The notes under the pieces are model-generated. The model ran no database searches, was not told the origin of the DNA, and worked only from the letters and a program-made list of their open reading frames with translations. A stretch of 64,000 nt of DNA from an uncultured Chloroflexia bacterium. GTDB taxonomy: Bacteria > Chloroflexota > Limnocylindria > Limnocylindrales > CSP1-4. The translations under genes and the position numbers were made by a program. Position 1 is the first letter of the stretch. Each line of letters opens with the position of its first letter. The stretch is from the NCBI GenBank assembly GCA_963718085.1, contig CAVQYA010000001.1, positions 1,308,592-1,372,591 of the forward strand, read 5' to 3'. Positions 63,120-64,000 of this stretch are shown in pieces.

Positions 63120-64000
63120 TCAGGCTCGCCCGCCGCCACGCCGCGCGGGCCACCAGCTCCACTCGCCGAAGCCCGCGGCGAGCGCGGGGACCAGGATGCT
63201 GCGCACGATGAAGGTGTCGATGAGAACGCCGAGGGCGACCGCGAAGCCGATCTGGAAGAGGATGAGGAGCGGCGCCGACATCAGGGAGCCGAACGTCCCG
63301 GCCAGGATGACGCCGGCCGACGTGACGACCGTGCCGGTGCGCGCCGAGGCCCGCCGAATGCCGGCCCGCAGGTCACCGGTCGCGCTCTCCTCCCGGATCC
63401 GGCTCGTGACGAAGATGTTGTAGTCGGACCCGAGGGCGACCAGCAGCACGAAGACTATGAGCGGCAGATACGTGTTCATGCCCGGCTGGCCGAGGATCTT
63501 CTCGAAGACGAAGCCCGAGAGGTGGATGGTCGTGACGTACGAGAGGAGCACCGTCGCCACCAGGTAGAGCGGGGCGACGAGGCTCCGCAGGAGGACGATC
63601 AGCACCAGGAGGATCCCCAGCACGGTCAGGACGGCGACGACCCGGAAGTCGGCTTCCATGGTCGTGTGGATGTCGGCGAACTCGGCGGTCGCCCCGCCGA
63701 CGAGGAAGCGCAGCCCATCGACCGGCGCGAGGGCGGCGATCGAGGCGCGCACGCGCCCCACGGTCTCCGCTGCCGCGCTCGAGTAGGGGTCATCGGTGGC
63801 CACCGTGGAGATCCGGGACACGTGCCCGTCGGACCCGACGAACGCGGCCACGAGCCGGTCGACCGTGGCGCCCGCGTCGCCGGCCAGGCCCCGGGCGAGG
63901 AACCAGTCCTGGTCGGGGTTGGCCTCGAGCCGGTCGGCCACCGCCGCGAGCGCGGCGGCCAGGTCGCCCGCAGCACCGGGCGGCCCGCTCCTTGAGCGCG
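63120..64000 (-). CDS. MMPL/RND family transporter, C-terminal part
   Basis: VGGATA...D, LLRSLVAP, ALGSDYNIF..RIREE, TG.VVTSAG.ILAGTF, GVLIDTFIVRS.LVPA. Confidence 0.92.
   Translation of the reverse strand, partial: RSRSGPPGAAGDLAAALAAVADRLEANPDQDWFLARGLAGDAGATVDRLVAAFVGSDGHVSRISTVATDDPYSSAAAETVGRVRASIAALAPVDGLRFLVGGATAEFADIHTTMEADFRVVAVLTVLGILLVLIVLLRSLVAPLYLVATVLLSYVTTIHLSGFVFEKILGQPGMNTYLPLIVFVLLVALGSDYNIFVTSRIREESATGDLRAGIRRASARTGTVVTSAGVILAGTFGSLMSAPLLILFQIGFAVALGVLIDTFIVRSILVPALAAGFGEWSWWPARRGGGRA

Overview
Very GC-rich bacterial chromosomal window with monoderm-type features: a sortase-like anchor, GerMN, MMPL and DUF4012. A Chloroflexota (Limnocylindria-like) or actinobacterial origin is inferred, not proven. 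(1) 1-12.9 kb is housekeeping-like: DEAD-box helicase, proline dehydrogenase, a SAM methyltransferase, DUF5661, a degenerate lysine 5,6-aminomutase alpha homolog, a MoaD-MoaE fusion, an MBL hydrolase, an orphan ParA, a wbpD-E-B-A-like diacetamido-uronic acid block and a small Ig-fold surface protein. (2) 13-45.5 kb is a large surface-glycan locus: DUF4012, six glycosyltransferases, deacetylases, GNATs, Wzm/Wzt, Wzc, an O-antigen-ligase-like protein, PglF/E/C-like enzymes, a deleted asnB and VanZ. It is riddled with small indels that are probably low-coverage consensus errors. It contains a GEMM-I riboswitch with the A20 signature of 3',3'-cGAMP sensors, upstream of a secreted Pro/Thr-repeat beta-helix protein. 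(3) 45.8-64 kb holds intact genes: acuI-like, vapBC, GerMN, ALDH, ppk2, a DUF853 ATPase and an ilvBNC-leuA-leuB-cimA-(free LeuA regulatory domain)-pheA operon, preceded by a ribosome-mediated attenuator with an unusually long 66-aa leader peptide. All calls come from reading motifs by eye; no database searches were run.
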